A DNA stretch of 62,573 bases, the filler included, from Chiloscyllium plagiosum (taxonomy: Eukaryota), in the NCBI RefSeq assembly GCF_004010195.1. It is 3 parts of one record of this genome, joined end to end, with 100 filler letters (N's around TTAATTAATTAA, not from the genome) between each part and the next. Parts side by side here need not be neighbours in the genome. Positions count along the whole stretch, not along the records: positions 1 to 27,975 come from NC_057710.1; positions 28,076 to 46,343 come from NC_057710.1; 1 more part is not named here. One strand, 5' to 3'. A program made the position numbers and the translations under genes. The notes beneath the pieces were generated by a model. It was not told the origin of the DNA, searched no databases, and saw only the letters and a list, made by a program, of their open reading frames with translations. Below, piece by piece: positions 26,236 to 37,695 of this stretch. Positions within the stretch are counted from its first letter, which is position 1; each line of letters starts with the position of its first letter.

Positions 26236-27737
26236 GAGTCATAGATTTTTAGAGATGTACAACATTGAAGCAGACTTCAACTTGTCCATGCCGATCAGAT
26301 GTCCTAATCTAGCCACATTTGCCAGCATTTGAGCCATATCCTTCTTTCCTATTCATGTGCCCGTCCAGCTGCCTTTTAAATGTTATAATTTATACCAGCC
26401 CCTACCACTTCCTCTGGCAGCTCATTGTATACAGACACCGTCCTCTGCATGAAAAAGTTGCCCCTTAGATCCCGTTTAAACCTTTTGTCTCTCACCTTAA
26501 ATCTATGTCCTGTAGTTTTGGACTCTCTTACCCTGGGCAAAAGACCTCGGCTGTTCACCCTGTCTATGCCCTTCATGATTTATAAACCTCTATAAAATCA
26601 CCCCTCAGCTTCTGACCCTCCAAGGAAAATAGCCCCAGCTTATTCCACCTCTCAGTACAGCTCAAACCCTGGCGACAAACTTGTAATTTTTTTCTGAATC
26701 CTTTCAGGTTTCACAACATCTTTCCTATAGGAGGGTGACCTGAATTGAATGCAATAATCCAAAAGTGGCCTTACCAATGCGCTATATGGCCGTAACATGA
26801 TCTTCCAACTCCTATACTCAATGCAGTGACCGATAAAGGCTAGTGTACCAAACACCTTCACTATTCTGTCGACCTGCAACTCCAGTTTCAAGGAACTATG
26901 AACCTGCACTCCCAGGTCTCTTTGTTCAGCAAAATCCACCAGGACCTTACCATTAAGTGAATAACGTCCTGCCCTAATTTACCTCACCAAAATGCAGTAC
27001 GACACATTTATCTAAATTAAAATCCATCTGCCACTCCTCGGCCCAGCTGACCAAGATCCCAGTTACATATCCAAATGGCGAGTTCTCCCTGTATTCCATG
27101 ATACCTAACCTTGTTAACCAGTTTACCATATGGAAACTCGTCAAACGCCTTACTGAAGTTCATGTAGACCACTCTGCCGCCTTCAATCCTCTTGATTGAT
27201 TCGATTCCCTACAGTGTGGAAACAAGTCCACACCGACCCTCGAAGAGCAACCCACCCAGTCCCCTACATTTACCCATGACTAATTCACCTTACACTATGG
27301 ACAATTTAGTGTGGCCAATGCACTTGACCTGCACATCTTTGTGACTGTGGGAGGAAACCGGAGCACCCGGAAGAAACTTACGCAGAACACAGGGAGAATG
27401 TGCAAACTCTGCAGCGACAGTTGCCTGAGCCGGGAATCGAACCGGGGTCCCTGGCGCTGTAAGGCAGCAGTGCTAACCACTGAGCCACCGTGCCGCCCTC
27501 AAAAAACTCAATCAAGTTAGAGAGTCATGATTCCCCACATGCAAAGCCATGTTGACCATCCCTAATCAGTCTTTGCCTTGTAAAGCCTGTCCCTCACAAT
27601 CCCCTCCCAACACCTTGCCACTGCTGATGTCAGGCTCACTAGTCTATAGTTCCCTAGACACACCTTTCCACCTTTCTTGAATAATGGCATCATGTTAGTC
27701 AACCTCCAGTCTACTGGCACCTCACCTATGGGTATTG
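26236..27737 (-). mobile_element. CR1 LINE, RT to 3' end, interrupted by an HE1 SINE (27196-27498, -)
   Basis: NYRLVSLTS, EQRDLGVQVHSSLK, RPLLDYC; SINE head gagggcggcacggtggctcagtggttagcac in reverse. Confidence 0.92.
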
Positions 27738-27975
27738 ATAGAACATAGAACATAGAAGAATACAGCGCAGTACAGGCCCTTTGGCCCTCGATGTTGCGCC
27801 GATCCAAGCCCACCTAACCTATACTAACCCACTATCCTCCATATACCTATCCAATGCCCGCTTAAATGCCCATAAAGAGGGAAAGTCCACCACTGCTACT
27901 GGCAGGGCATTCCATGAACTTACGACTCACTGAGTGAAGAACCTACCCCTAACTTCAGTCCAATATCTACCCCCC
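27738..27975 (-). mobile_element. 3' end of a young CR1 subfamily with (TTCTATG)n tail, running into a gap
   Basis: Near-exact reverse complement of ~28697-28935. Confidence 0.9.
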
Positions 27976-28075
27976 NNNNNNNNNNNNNNNNNNNNNNNNN
28001 NNNNNNNNNNNNNNNNNNNTTAATTAATTAANNNNNNNNNNNNNNNNNNNNNNNNNNNNNNNNNNNNNNNNNNNN
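27976..28075. other. Artificial scaffold linker N44-TTAATTAATTAA-N44
   Basis: Exactly 100 nt with a six-frame-stop 12-mer; identical structure at 46344-46443. Confidence 0.95.
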
Positions 28076-28184
28076 CCCATCCAGATGCCTTTTAAATGTT
28101 GTAATTGTACCAGCCTCCACCACTTCCTCTGGCAGCTCATTCCATACACGCACCACCCTCTGCATGAAAAAGTTGCTCCTTTGC

Positions 28185-28935
28185 AGATGGGGTACTGGGC
28201 TAATAGATGGGGTACTGGGCTAATGGTCGGATACTTGGTAGTGTGGATGAGCAGAGGGATCTTGGTGTCCATGTACACAGATCTCTGAAAGTTGCCACCC
28301 AGGTAAATAGTGCGGTGAGGAAGGCATATGGCGTACTGGCTTTTATTGGTAGAGGAATTGGGTTCCGGAGTCCTGAGGTCATGATGCAGTTGTATAAGAC
28401 TCTGGTGCGGCCGCATCTGGAATATTGTGTGCAGTTTTGGTCGCTATACTATAGGAAGGATGTGGAGGCACTGGAACGGGTGCAGAGGAGGTTTACCAGG
28501 ATGTTGCCTGGTATGGAAGGAAGATCGTATGAGGAAAGACTGAGACACTTGGGGCTGTTTTCATTAGAGAAAAGAAGGTTTGGGGTGACTTGATTGAGGT
28601 GTACAAGATGATTAGGGGATTAGATAGGGTTGACAGTGTGAACGTTTTCCCGCGTATGGAGTCGGGTATTACAAGGGGGCATAGCTTTAAATTAAGGGGG
28701 GGTAGATATAGGACTGAAGTTAGGGGTAGGTTCTTCACTCAGCGAGTCGTAAGTTCATGGAATGCCCTGCCAGTAGCAGTGGTGGACTCTCCCTCTTTAT
28801 GGGGCATTTAAGCGGGCATTGGATAGGTATATGGAGGATAGTGGGTTAGTATAGGTTAGGTGGGCTTGGATCGGCGCAACATCGAGGGCCAAAGGGCCTG
28901 TACTGCGCTGTATTCTTCTATGTTCTATGTTCTAT
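28185..28935 (+). mobile_element. Young CR1 3' portion
   Basis: ORF 28207-28593 EQRDLGVHVHRSLK...LYKTLVRPHLEYCVQFWS; CpGs retained; tail ttctatgttctatgttcta. Confidence 0.93.
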
Positions 28936-30059
28936 AAGTCTGGGAGCGTCTGTGGAGAGAAATCAGAGTTAACATTTTGGGTCAAGTGACCCTTCCTCAG
29001 AAGGCATAATGCCTTGCACAGTTCTGGAGCCACATTCTTTTGAATTCATTAGTCATAGCAAACTTGTAGACCCAACCATGATGAAGCATCTAATGGTTAT
29101 TGTCTCTGCTTTCTTTGCAACTCAAGCAGAAACCACCTTCCACCTAGCAGTAGAAGTTCAGCCTAAGATCATGAAGTCTTGTTTTTATTAAATTCATTCG
29201 AGAGCATTAGATATCAGTGGCTGGGCCAGCATACATGACCCATTCCTTGTTACACTTAAGAAGGTGATGCTGACTTGCCTTTTAACCCACTGTTGCTCAA
29301 TTGGTTTTGGTAAACCCACAACGCTGTTAAGGAGGGAATTATAACATTTTGATCCAGGGCCACTGAAGGAATGCCAATATAGGAACATGGGAACAAGCAG
29401 CATTTTGAGCCTGTCCCATCATTCGTTAAGATCATAGCTGATCTGTGGCCTAACTTCAGAATCTACCTTTGGCCCATATATGTTGATACCTTAAAGAAAA
29501 GTTTATTTATTTCAGATTGAAATTTAATTTTGATCCAGTATACACTGTTATTTATGGAAGAGAGTTCGAAAAAGCAACCACTATTTATGTATAGAAGTGC
29601 TTCTTTATGGATGGTTTAAATGATCTGGTCCTAATTCTCAGACTATATCCCCAGTTCTAGAATCCCCAACCAGCGGGAATTGTTTACCTACGATATATTT
29701 TCCCGTTAATGTCTGAATGTAACATCTATTACCGTTTTAGACCCTTTGATGTTCCTCAGTTCCAATCATACGGCTCCACTGAATGCTTTCCCCTCATTAT
29801 ATCTTGCCTCAACACTGTAGTAACATTGCTTCTAATCAGTAAGGCAAATGCATCTCTTTCACCATTTTCCCTGTTCATCCTGTTAACGTTATAACCTGGT
29901 TTATTTAGTTCCCATTCCTGACCATTCTGTCTCAGTAATGTCTACTATATCGCAATCTCCAATTTGAATTTGTGACTGCAGCTCATTTAATTTATTCCTT
30001 ATGCTCCATGCATTCGTAGGTAGAACTCTTATTTGGGAGAAATTGTGGACCGCAGATGC

Positions 30060-30197
30060 TCGAGAGTCAGAGTTGAAAAGTGTGGCACTGAATCAGGCAG
30101 CATCCTCATGAAGGGCTATACCCGAAATGTCGATTCCCCTGCTTTCTGGATGCTGCCTGACCTGCTATGCTTTTCTATTGCCCCACTTTTGAACTCT
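30060..30197. mobile_element. Decayed palindromic PLE fragment (family A)
   Basis: Inverted arms aaagtgtggca.../...ccccactttt around atgaagggctatacccgaaatgtcgattc. Confidence 0.6.
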
Positions 30198-30514
30198 TAT
30201 TTGGGCCATACATCAGCACTGATACCTTATTTGTCTGTTTATTATTTTTCTGTTCCAGTTTAATCAGTACACCTCTGAGTTTTAACATTACCTGCTGTAC
30301 TTGAAGTAGAATTTCTGCCTGTTTTTATTATGTCATGTTACTTGATTTTGAAACTGCATTGACTTTCCTTAAACCTTCCCTGCCCTTATTTATGAATTTA
30401 AAGTCTTTGTGACCACCCTATTTAGCCTTTCTGCGAGGACATTGGTCCCAGATGTGATTCTGCTCCTTCCTGATGTGTCACAGTGTTCAAAGCTGAGGCT
30501 CCAACTCAACTTAA

Positions 30515-30828
30515 GGCGGCACGGTGGCACAGTAGTTAGCACTGCTGCCTCACAGTGCCAGAGACCCAGGTTCAATTCCTGCCTCAGGCGACTGACTGTG
30601 TGGAGTTTGCACATTCTCCCCGTGTCTGCGTGGGTTTCCTCTGGGTGCTCCGGTTTCCTCCCACAGTCCAAAGATGTGCAGGTCAGGTGAATTGGCCATG
30701 CTAAATTGCCCATAGTGTTAGGTAAGGGGTAAATGTAGGGGTATGGGTGGTTTGCGCTTCAGCGGGGCGGTGTGGACTTGTTCGGCTGAAGGGCCTGTTT
30801 CCACACTGTAAAGTAATCTAATCTAAAA
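30515..30828 (+). mobile_element. Full-length HE1-type V-SINE (tRNA-derived head with Pol III A/B boxes)
   Basis: ggcggcacggtggcacagtagttagcactgctgcctcacag...ggttcaattcc, V-domain core, CR1-like tail aagggcctgtttccacactgtaaagtaatctaatctaaaaaa. Confidence 0.93.
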
Positions 30829-31399
30829 AATCTAATCAATTCTGATCTGGAGTTCTTTGACCAACCAACACTTCCAACAGATGTGTTTGCTATGAACCAC
30901 ATTGGGGGTCTACCACCTCTCACATCGTGCAGGTACAACACAGTACCTGGCCCAGCATCTCTAAATTACTTAATTCATTTTTAATTTGTTTTTTTAAATT
31001 CCCGAGTTGTTTTCAGTTTTTAATCTGTAAAATTGTTCTCCAATTTACCGTTAATATGAAAACAATTTGGAATAGCCATTCAACTTAGCAGTTACTTACC
31101 AACCAATTAATTTTACACCTTTTCCTGTGAAGTCACTGGTTTTCTCAGTTTCTGATCAGAGTCTCTGATTCCTCTTTCCCCTTATGCCCTAAGTTCTCTA
31201 AGACGTTACACTCGTGAGTACTTCTGTTTAATGTCAATGAGAGAAAAAGAGGAACTGATCATCTCCTCCACTTCCTCCACTACCACCACCACTTTGTTTT
31301 CTTGTTTCACCTCATCCTGCTATTTCGCCTCTTCCTTCTGTTTCCTTTTCTCCATCTCCTCCTGTTTCACATAAAGTCCAGTTACACACTAATGCAGTA

Positions 31400-32365
31400 A
31401 AGCAGTAGCTCATATAGTCCCAAGTGAGGATGGCGTGTGACTTTGATGAAATGTATCTGCCTCTCTTGTCCTTCTAAGGCTGTCTGAGGAGTCTTGGTGA
31501 ATTTCTGCAGTGGAGGGAGAGAATGTCTGTGAAATTGATGCCTGTCCGTCCATTAGGCTGCTTTGTCTTGGATGGTGTCAGGTTTCATGAGTGTATTTGG
31601 AGCTGCACTCATCCAGGCATATAGGGAGTATTCCATTGCAGTCCTGATTGCTGCCTTATAGATGAAAGATAGGCTTTGCATGGTCATGAGTTACTTGCAC
31701 AGGATTCCTAGCCTCCGATCTGCTCCTTTAGCTACAGTATTTATACGGTGAGTCATGTTCACTTCTGATCAGTAGCAGCATCCTGGATGTTGATAATGGG
31801 TTTCAATTATGGTAATACCGTTCAATGTCCAGGGACAATGTTCAATCTTCTTTTGATGCAGATGGTCATTGCCTGACCCTTGTGTGGTGTCACTGTTACT
31901 TGCCACATCAAATCCAAGCTCAGATATTATCCAGAGCTTGCTGCATTTGGACACAGATTGTTTCAGTATCTGGAGATACATGAATAGTGATGAACATTGT
32001 GCGATCATCAGCAAACATCTCCATAGAGAGGGGAGCTCCAAAGTAGCTGAAGATGGTTGGGCCTAGGACACTACCCTGAGGAACTCCTTCAGCGATATCT
32101 TGGAGCTAAGATGATAGATGTCTAACATACTCAATCATCCGGAGGCTCACTGATGATGGTTCCTAGTGTGGTGATGAAATGTCTGAAAACGAATCTTCCA
32201 GCTCAGCGAACAAACCTACGTCCAGATACTCAGTCATCTTCCTTTTACCAAGTATGATTCCACCCAGCACAGAGTTTCCCCCATGATTCTCATTTGACTA
32301 AGTTTGCTAGAACTCCTAGATTTTGGTGTTAAGGTCAGTCACTTTGACCTCATCTCATTTCTTGC
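31400..32365 (-). mobile_element. Second LINE family RT/3' portion with a family-B PLE fragment (32140-32224) inserted
   Basis: Reverse complement of 51250-52300. Insert flanked by atactcaatcatc / atactcagtcatc. Confidence 0.7.
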
Positions 32366-32574
32366 CATCGCAACCATGTGACTCAGGCCAGTTGCCACCA
32401 TGGTTGTAGATACCTGAGTTCAAAGGTTTAGAGAGTTTCTCAGGAGTTCAGGAATCTGTTCTCTTAACACATCACAGAGGATTGCTGAGGTAGTACCTCA
32501 GTAGCAGTGATTCTGTGGAGCACCTGTCTTATGATATCAGTCCTTGTCCTAAAAACCTTACCATTCAACTAGTG

Positions 32575-32707
32575 GAGAAAGTGAGGTCTGCAGATGCTGG
32601 AGATCAAAGTTGAAACTTTATTGCTGGAACAGCACAGCAGGTCAGGCAGCATCCAGGGAACAGGAGATTCGACGTTTCGGGCACAGGCCCTTCTTCAGGA
32701 ATGGAAT
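32575..32707 (-). mobile_element. PLE pLTR fragment with intact hammerhead motif (32671-32698) and 14-bp TSD
   Basis: Reverse complement attc-CTGAAGA-A-GGGC-ctgt-GCCC-GAAA-CGTC-gaat (4-bp stem I). TSD ccattcaactagtg at 32561-32574 and 32708-32721. Confidence 0.82.
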
Positions 32708-33032
32708 CCATTCAACTAGTGCCCTTGCTGTTGCTTGTCAGCTGGCTGGCTAAGACTGCTGCTGTCCATGCTAATATGTTGTCATCCCCCAAACTTGGTT
32801 TTCCAGGCTCAGAGCCTTTTGAAGCTATCCTATGAGGCCATTTGCAGTCTTCCAGTCTTCCTTGCATCATCTTGCACCCACTGGAAGATCATTAATCCAG
32901 GCAAAACAGCCACAAGACAGATACTAATGAAAATCCATATCTGCAATCATTTGGCTTTTTCTTTTCTTCCAGCTCTGAGGTTTGTGGGACGTCACCAGTT
33001 GCTATTTGTAAATGGACCATAGCCCGGTTGGC

Positions 33033-34560
33033 AGAGTCATAGACTCATAGAGATGTACAGCACGTAAACAGACCCTTCAGTCCAACCCTTCCATGCCGAC
33101 CAGATATCCTAACACAATCTAGTCCCACCTGCCAGCACCTGGCCCATATCTCTCCAAATCCTTCATATTCACATACCCATCCAGATGCTTTTTGAATGTT
33201 GCAATTGAACTAGCCTCTACCACTTGCTCTGGCTGCTCATTCTATACACGTACTGCCCTCTTGTGCTGGACTCCCCCACCCCAGGGAAAGACTTTGTCTA
33301 TTTATCCTATCCATGACCCTCATAATTTTGTAAACCTCTAAGGTCACCCCTCAGCCTCCAACGCTCCAGAGAAAGCAGCCCCAGCCTATACAACTTCTCC
33401 CTGTAGCTCAAATCCTCCAACGCTGGCAACATCCTTGTAAATCTTTTCAAAACCCTTTCAAGTTTCACAACATCCTTCCCACAGGAAGACCAGAATTGCA
33501 CGCAATATTCCAAAAGTGTCCTAACCAATGTCCTATACTGCCACAACATGACCTCCCAACTCCTGTACTCAGTACTCTGACCAATAAAGGAAAGCACACC
33601 AAATGCCTTCTTCACTATCCTATCTCTCATGCGACTCTACTTTCAAGGAGCTATGAACCTGCATTCTTTGTTCAGCAACACTCCCTAGGACCTTACCATT
33701 ACATGTATAAATCCTAAGATTAGCTTTCCCAAAATGCAGCACCTCGCATTTATCTAAACTAAACTCCATCTGCCACTCCTCAGCCCATTGACCCATCTGG
33801 TCAAGATCCTATTGTAATCTGAGGTAACCTTCTTTGCTGTCCAGTATACCTCCAATTTTGGTGTCATCTGCAAACCTACTAACTATATCTCCTACGCTCT
33901 CATCCAAGTCATTTGTATCAATGATAAAAAGTAGTGGATCCACCATAGATCCTTGTAGCACTCCACTGGTCATAGGCCTCCAGTCTGAAAAACAACCCTC
34001 CACCACCACCCTCTGTCTTCTATCTTCTGTATCCAAATGGCTCGTTCTCCCTGTATTCCATGAGATCTAACCTTGCTAATCAGTCTCTTGTGGGGAACCT
34101 TGTCGAAAGCCTTACTGAAGTCCATATAGATCACATCTACCGCTCTGCCCTCATCAATCTTCTTTGTTACTTCTTCAGAAAACTCAATCAAGTTTGTGAT
34201 GCATGATTTCCCACGCACAAAGCCATGTTGACTATCCCTAATCAGCCCTTGCCTTTCCAAATACATGTACATCCTGTCCCTCAGGATTCCCTTCAACAAC
34301 TTGCCCACCACCAATGTCAGGCTCACTTCTCTATAGTTCCCAGGCTTTGCCTTACCACATTTCTTAAATAGTGGCACCCCACGTTAGCCAACCTCCAGTC
34401 TTCTGGCAACACACCTGTGACTACGATTATACAAATATCTCAGCAAGAAGCCCAGTAATCACTTCCCTAGCTTCCCACAGAGTTCTAGGGTATTCTTGAT
34501 CAAGTCCTGGGGATTTATTCACTCTTATGTCTTTCAAAACATTCAACACTTGCTCCTCTG
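33033..34560 (-). mobile_element. 5'-truncated CR1 LINE
   Basis: YMDFSKAFDKVPH, SGVLQGS, RFADDTKIG; (ctctatga)n tail. Confidence 0.95.
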
Positions 34561-34831
34561 AAATTTACCGAAGCTTTTTGTTTCCCTCAATTTCCTCTTA
34601 ATTAATACTTCATTTTTACCAGTATACCACCCCCAATATCATGACCTCTTCTCTTTGCGAGTAACCTTTGTGCAAAACACTATTATTTTGCCTTTTGGTC
34701 ACCCAAATGCACTACATCTACTAGTTCCTCTTTATACTCCCTGCTACATCCTTAAAGAATGCTCATAATTTTGTCAAACTTTATATCCTTTTTTAAAAAC
34801 AGTATGTTGACTTTGCATGATTACATTATGA

Positions 34832-35038
34832 CAGGTGGCACAGTGGTTGGCACTGCTGCCTTACAGCACTAGGGACCTGGGTTTGATTCTACTGGGTGGA
34901 GTTTATACATTCCACTCTTATCTGTGTGGGTTTCCTCTGGGTGGTCCGGTTTCCTCCCACAGTCCACGTGTGTCTGGATCAGTGCAGACCCAATGGGTTG
35001 AATAACCGCATTCTGCACTGTAGCAATTCTATGACTTT
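34832..35038 (+). mobile_element. Diverged, deleted V-SINE
   Basis: ggtggcacagtggttggcactgctgcc...tttcctcccacagtcca...gcactgtagcaattctatga. Confidence 0.75.
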
Positions 35039-35403
35039 GAGTGTCATGATACTATTGTCTTAATAATGGATTCTAGCATTTTCACAATGTCAGATGTTAG
35101 ACTAACTGGTCTGTAGTTTTCTCCTTTCTGTCTTCTTCCTTTCCTGAATATATTGTTACGTTTGTGGCTCTCCAATCCATATGAATCCACAAAAACACAA
35201 CCATTCTGTAAGAATGTAAGGAATGTTGGAGGATTACAATCAATGGATCCACTGTCTCTGCAGCCTGTAACAGACACTCCAACTCCATTCTAAGGTTGGA
35301 GAGCAATCAGATCAGGAGATCTCTCAGCCTGCCGTTGCACTTGTACTTTTTGTCATTTTTCTTAGTGTTGATAGTTCTTTTAAGTTGTTTAGATTTTGTA
35401 TAT

Positions 35404-35624
35404 GCTGAAAATGTGTTGCTGGAAAAGCGCAGCAGGTCAGGCAGCATCCAAGGAGCAGGAGAATCAACGTTTCATGCATGAACCCTTCTTCAGGAATGAA
35501 GAAGGGCTCATGCCCGAAACATTGATTCTCCTGCTCCTTGGATGCTGCCTGACCTGCTGCGCTTTTCCAGCAACAACACATTTTCAGCTCTGATCTCCAG
35601 CATCTGCAGTCCTCACGTTCTCCT
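35404..35624 (+). mobile_element. Palindromic PLE-derived insert (family A), ~90-bp arms, immediately upstream of the Munc13 exon
   Basis: 35404-35490 is the reverse complement of ~35498-35588. Flanked by tagattttgtatat / tagatttgtatat. Confidence 0.85.
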
Positions 35625-35714
35625 AGTAGATTTGTATATCTTTGAACAAGACTGTAATGGTTGCTAGAATTGTTTCATGTATTGCGAATCATTAAGAATT
35701 CATTTTGTTTTCAG

Positions 35715-35802
35715 CTATGATGAAGTTGGTACACCTCCATTTTCCCCTGCCCGAGCACGCTGGATTCGAGTTATCAACAAAGTTCGAATACAAATTCAAG
35801 AG
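35715..35802 (+). CDS. UNC13B: Internal coding exon of a Munc13 gene (UNC13B-like) encoding the Ca2+/calmodulin-binding helix
   Basis: Acceptor ttttgttttcAG at 35703-35714 and donor GAG|GTagta at 35803. 1 nt plus 29 codons: YDEVGTPPFSPARARWIRVINKVRIQIQE. Closely resembles, from recall, ubMunc13-2 SPFTQARAHWIRAVTKVRLQLQE and Munc13-1 WLRAFNKVRMQLQE. Munc13 family call is strong; the B paralogue is preferred because of PF..ARA.WIR. Confidence 0.85.
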
Positions 35803-36109
35803 GTAGTACTACAATTTCTGGATTACAAAACCTAACTGATCCTGTTTCCAAATGTATAAATCACAAATTTTGATTGTTTCCAGCTCTTTATCAATAACTG
35901 TCATCAATTCATTTCACTGTATTACTGGATGAACATGTTCAGTTATCATAGTGATTTGTGCATGGACTTGAATGTATACATGTCATGAAATGTAATGGTT
36001 ACCTCATATTTAAACACAACCAAGGGTTCAAACTCTCTGCTAAAGATGAAATTGTGCAAATGTAATTCCTTTATGCTAGCTAAGCAATATGTGTATTTAT
36101 AAGTCGCGA

Positions 36110-37695
36110 GTTCATAAGATCGAGTCATCAAGTCCTAGAACACGGAGACAGGTCCTTTGGCCCAAACTGATTCATGACGACCAAAATATTCACCAACGCT
36201 AACCCTATTTCCCCAGACTTGGCCCATTTCCTTCTAAACCTTCATATCCATGTATTTGTCCAAATGCCTTTTAAATATTGTTAAGGTACCTGTATCAATC
36301 ACTTCTATTGGCAGCTTATTGCACATGCGTTCCACCCTGTGTGTAAAAGACTTGCCCTCAGGTTCCCCTTTATTTTTTCCCATCTAACCTTAAACTGATG
36401 CCCTTTCATCCTTGATTCCTCAACACTAGGAAAAAGATTTGTTTGCATTCACCCTATCCATGCCTCTCATGTTCTTATACACTTCTTTCAGATTCCCCCT
36501 TAGTCTCTTACGCTATAAAGAAAAAAGTCCTAGCTTGTCTAACCTTTCTCTATAATTCAGACCCTTGAGTCCTGGCAACATCCTTGAAAATGTCTTCTGC
36601 ACTCTTTCTAGTTTAATAACATCCTTCTTACAGCAAGGTGACTAAAACTGAACACAATTTCCAAGTATGGCCTCACCAACATCCTGGACAACTGCAACAT
36701 AACTTGCCAACTTCTGTACTGAATGCCCTGACTGATGAAGGCCATTGTGCTAAAAGCCTTCTTCAATACCCTGTCTACCTGTAACTCCACTTTCAGAGAA
36801 CCGTGTTGCTGAACTCCAAGGTCCCTCTGTTCCACCACACTCCTTAAGGCCCTACTACTCACAATGAAACTTCTATCTTGATTTGACTTTGCAAAATGCA
36901 ACACCTCACACTTAACTGTATTGAACTCCATTTGCCATTTTTCGCCCACTTCCCGACCTGATCAAGGTCCTGCAGCAATTTCTGATAACCTTCCTCACTA
37001 TCCACAATAACTCCTATTTTAGTGTCATCTGCACATTTACTAATCATGCCTTGTACATTCTCATTCAAATAATTGATGTAGATAACGAACAGCTATGGGC
37101 CCAGTACTGACCCCTGAGGCACACCACTAGTCACAGGCCTCCAGTCCGACAAGCATCCTTCCACTATTACCTTCTGCATATTATCGTCAAGCCAATTGTG
37201 TATCCAATTTGCCATGGATTCCATGTGATTGAACCTTACAGAGCAGCTACTGTGTGGAAACTTATCAAAAGCCTTACTGAAATCTATATTGACTACGTCT
37301 ACTGCCCTGCCCTCATCAACCTTCCTGATCACTTCATCAAAGAACTCTAACAAATTTGTGAGATATGATCTCCCATGAACAAAGCTGACTATTCCTAATC
37401 AAACACTGCCTTTCCAAATGCATGTATATCTTATCTCTCAGAATCTTCTCAAACAACTTACCTATCACAGATGTTAGTCTTACTGGTCTGTAGTTCCCAG
37501 GTTTTTCTTTGCAGCCCTTCTTGAATAAGGGCACAATATTCACTACCCACCAGTCTTCTGGGATGTCAACTGTGTCTAATGATAATCTAAAAATATCAGC
37601 CAGGGCCCCTGCAATTTCTTCTCTAGCCTCTTGCATTGTTCTTGGATATATCTGGTCAGGACTGGGAGTTTTATCATACATTCAACACCACTTCT
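36110..37695 (-). mobile_element. 5'-truncated CR1 LINE
   Basis: [40 protein letters not shown]. Confidence 0.93.

Noticed and set aside
28020..28031. Palindromic TTAATTAATTAA as a biological motif (also 46388-46399)
   Set aside because: Centred in exactly 44+44 Ns twice; it is an assembly linker.
30515..30590. tRNA gene
   Set aside because: tRNA-like A/B boxes are the head of an HE1 SINE, continuous with its core and tail.
35404..35588. Palindromes as DNA-transposon TIR/MITE or miRNA genes
   Set aside because: Arms are asymmetric with variable ends, TSD lengths vary from 9 to 15 bp, and the same sequence is attached to PLE-like coding relics.
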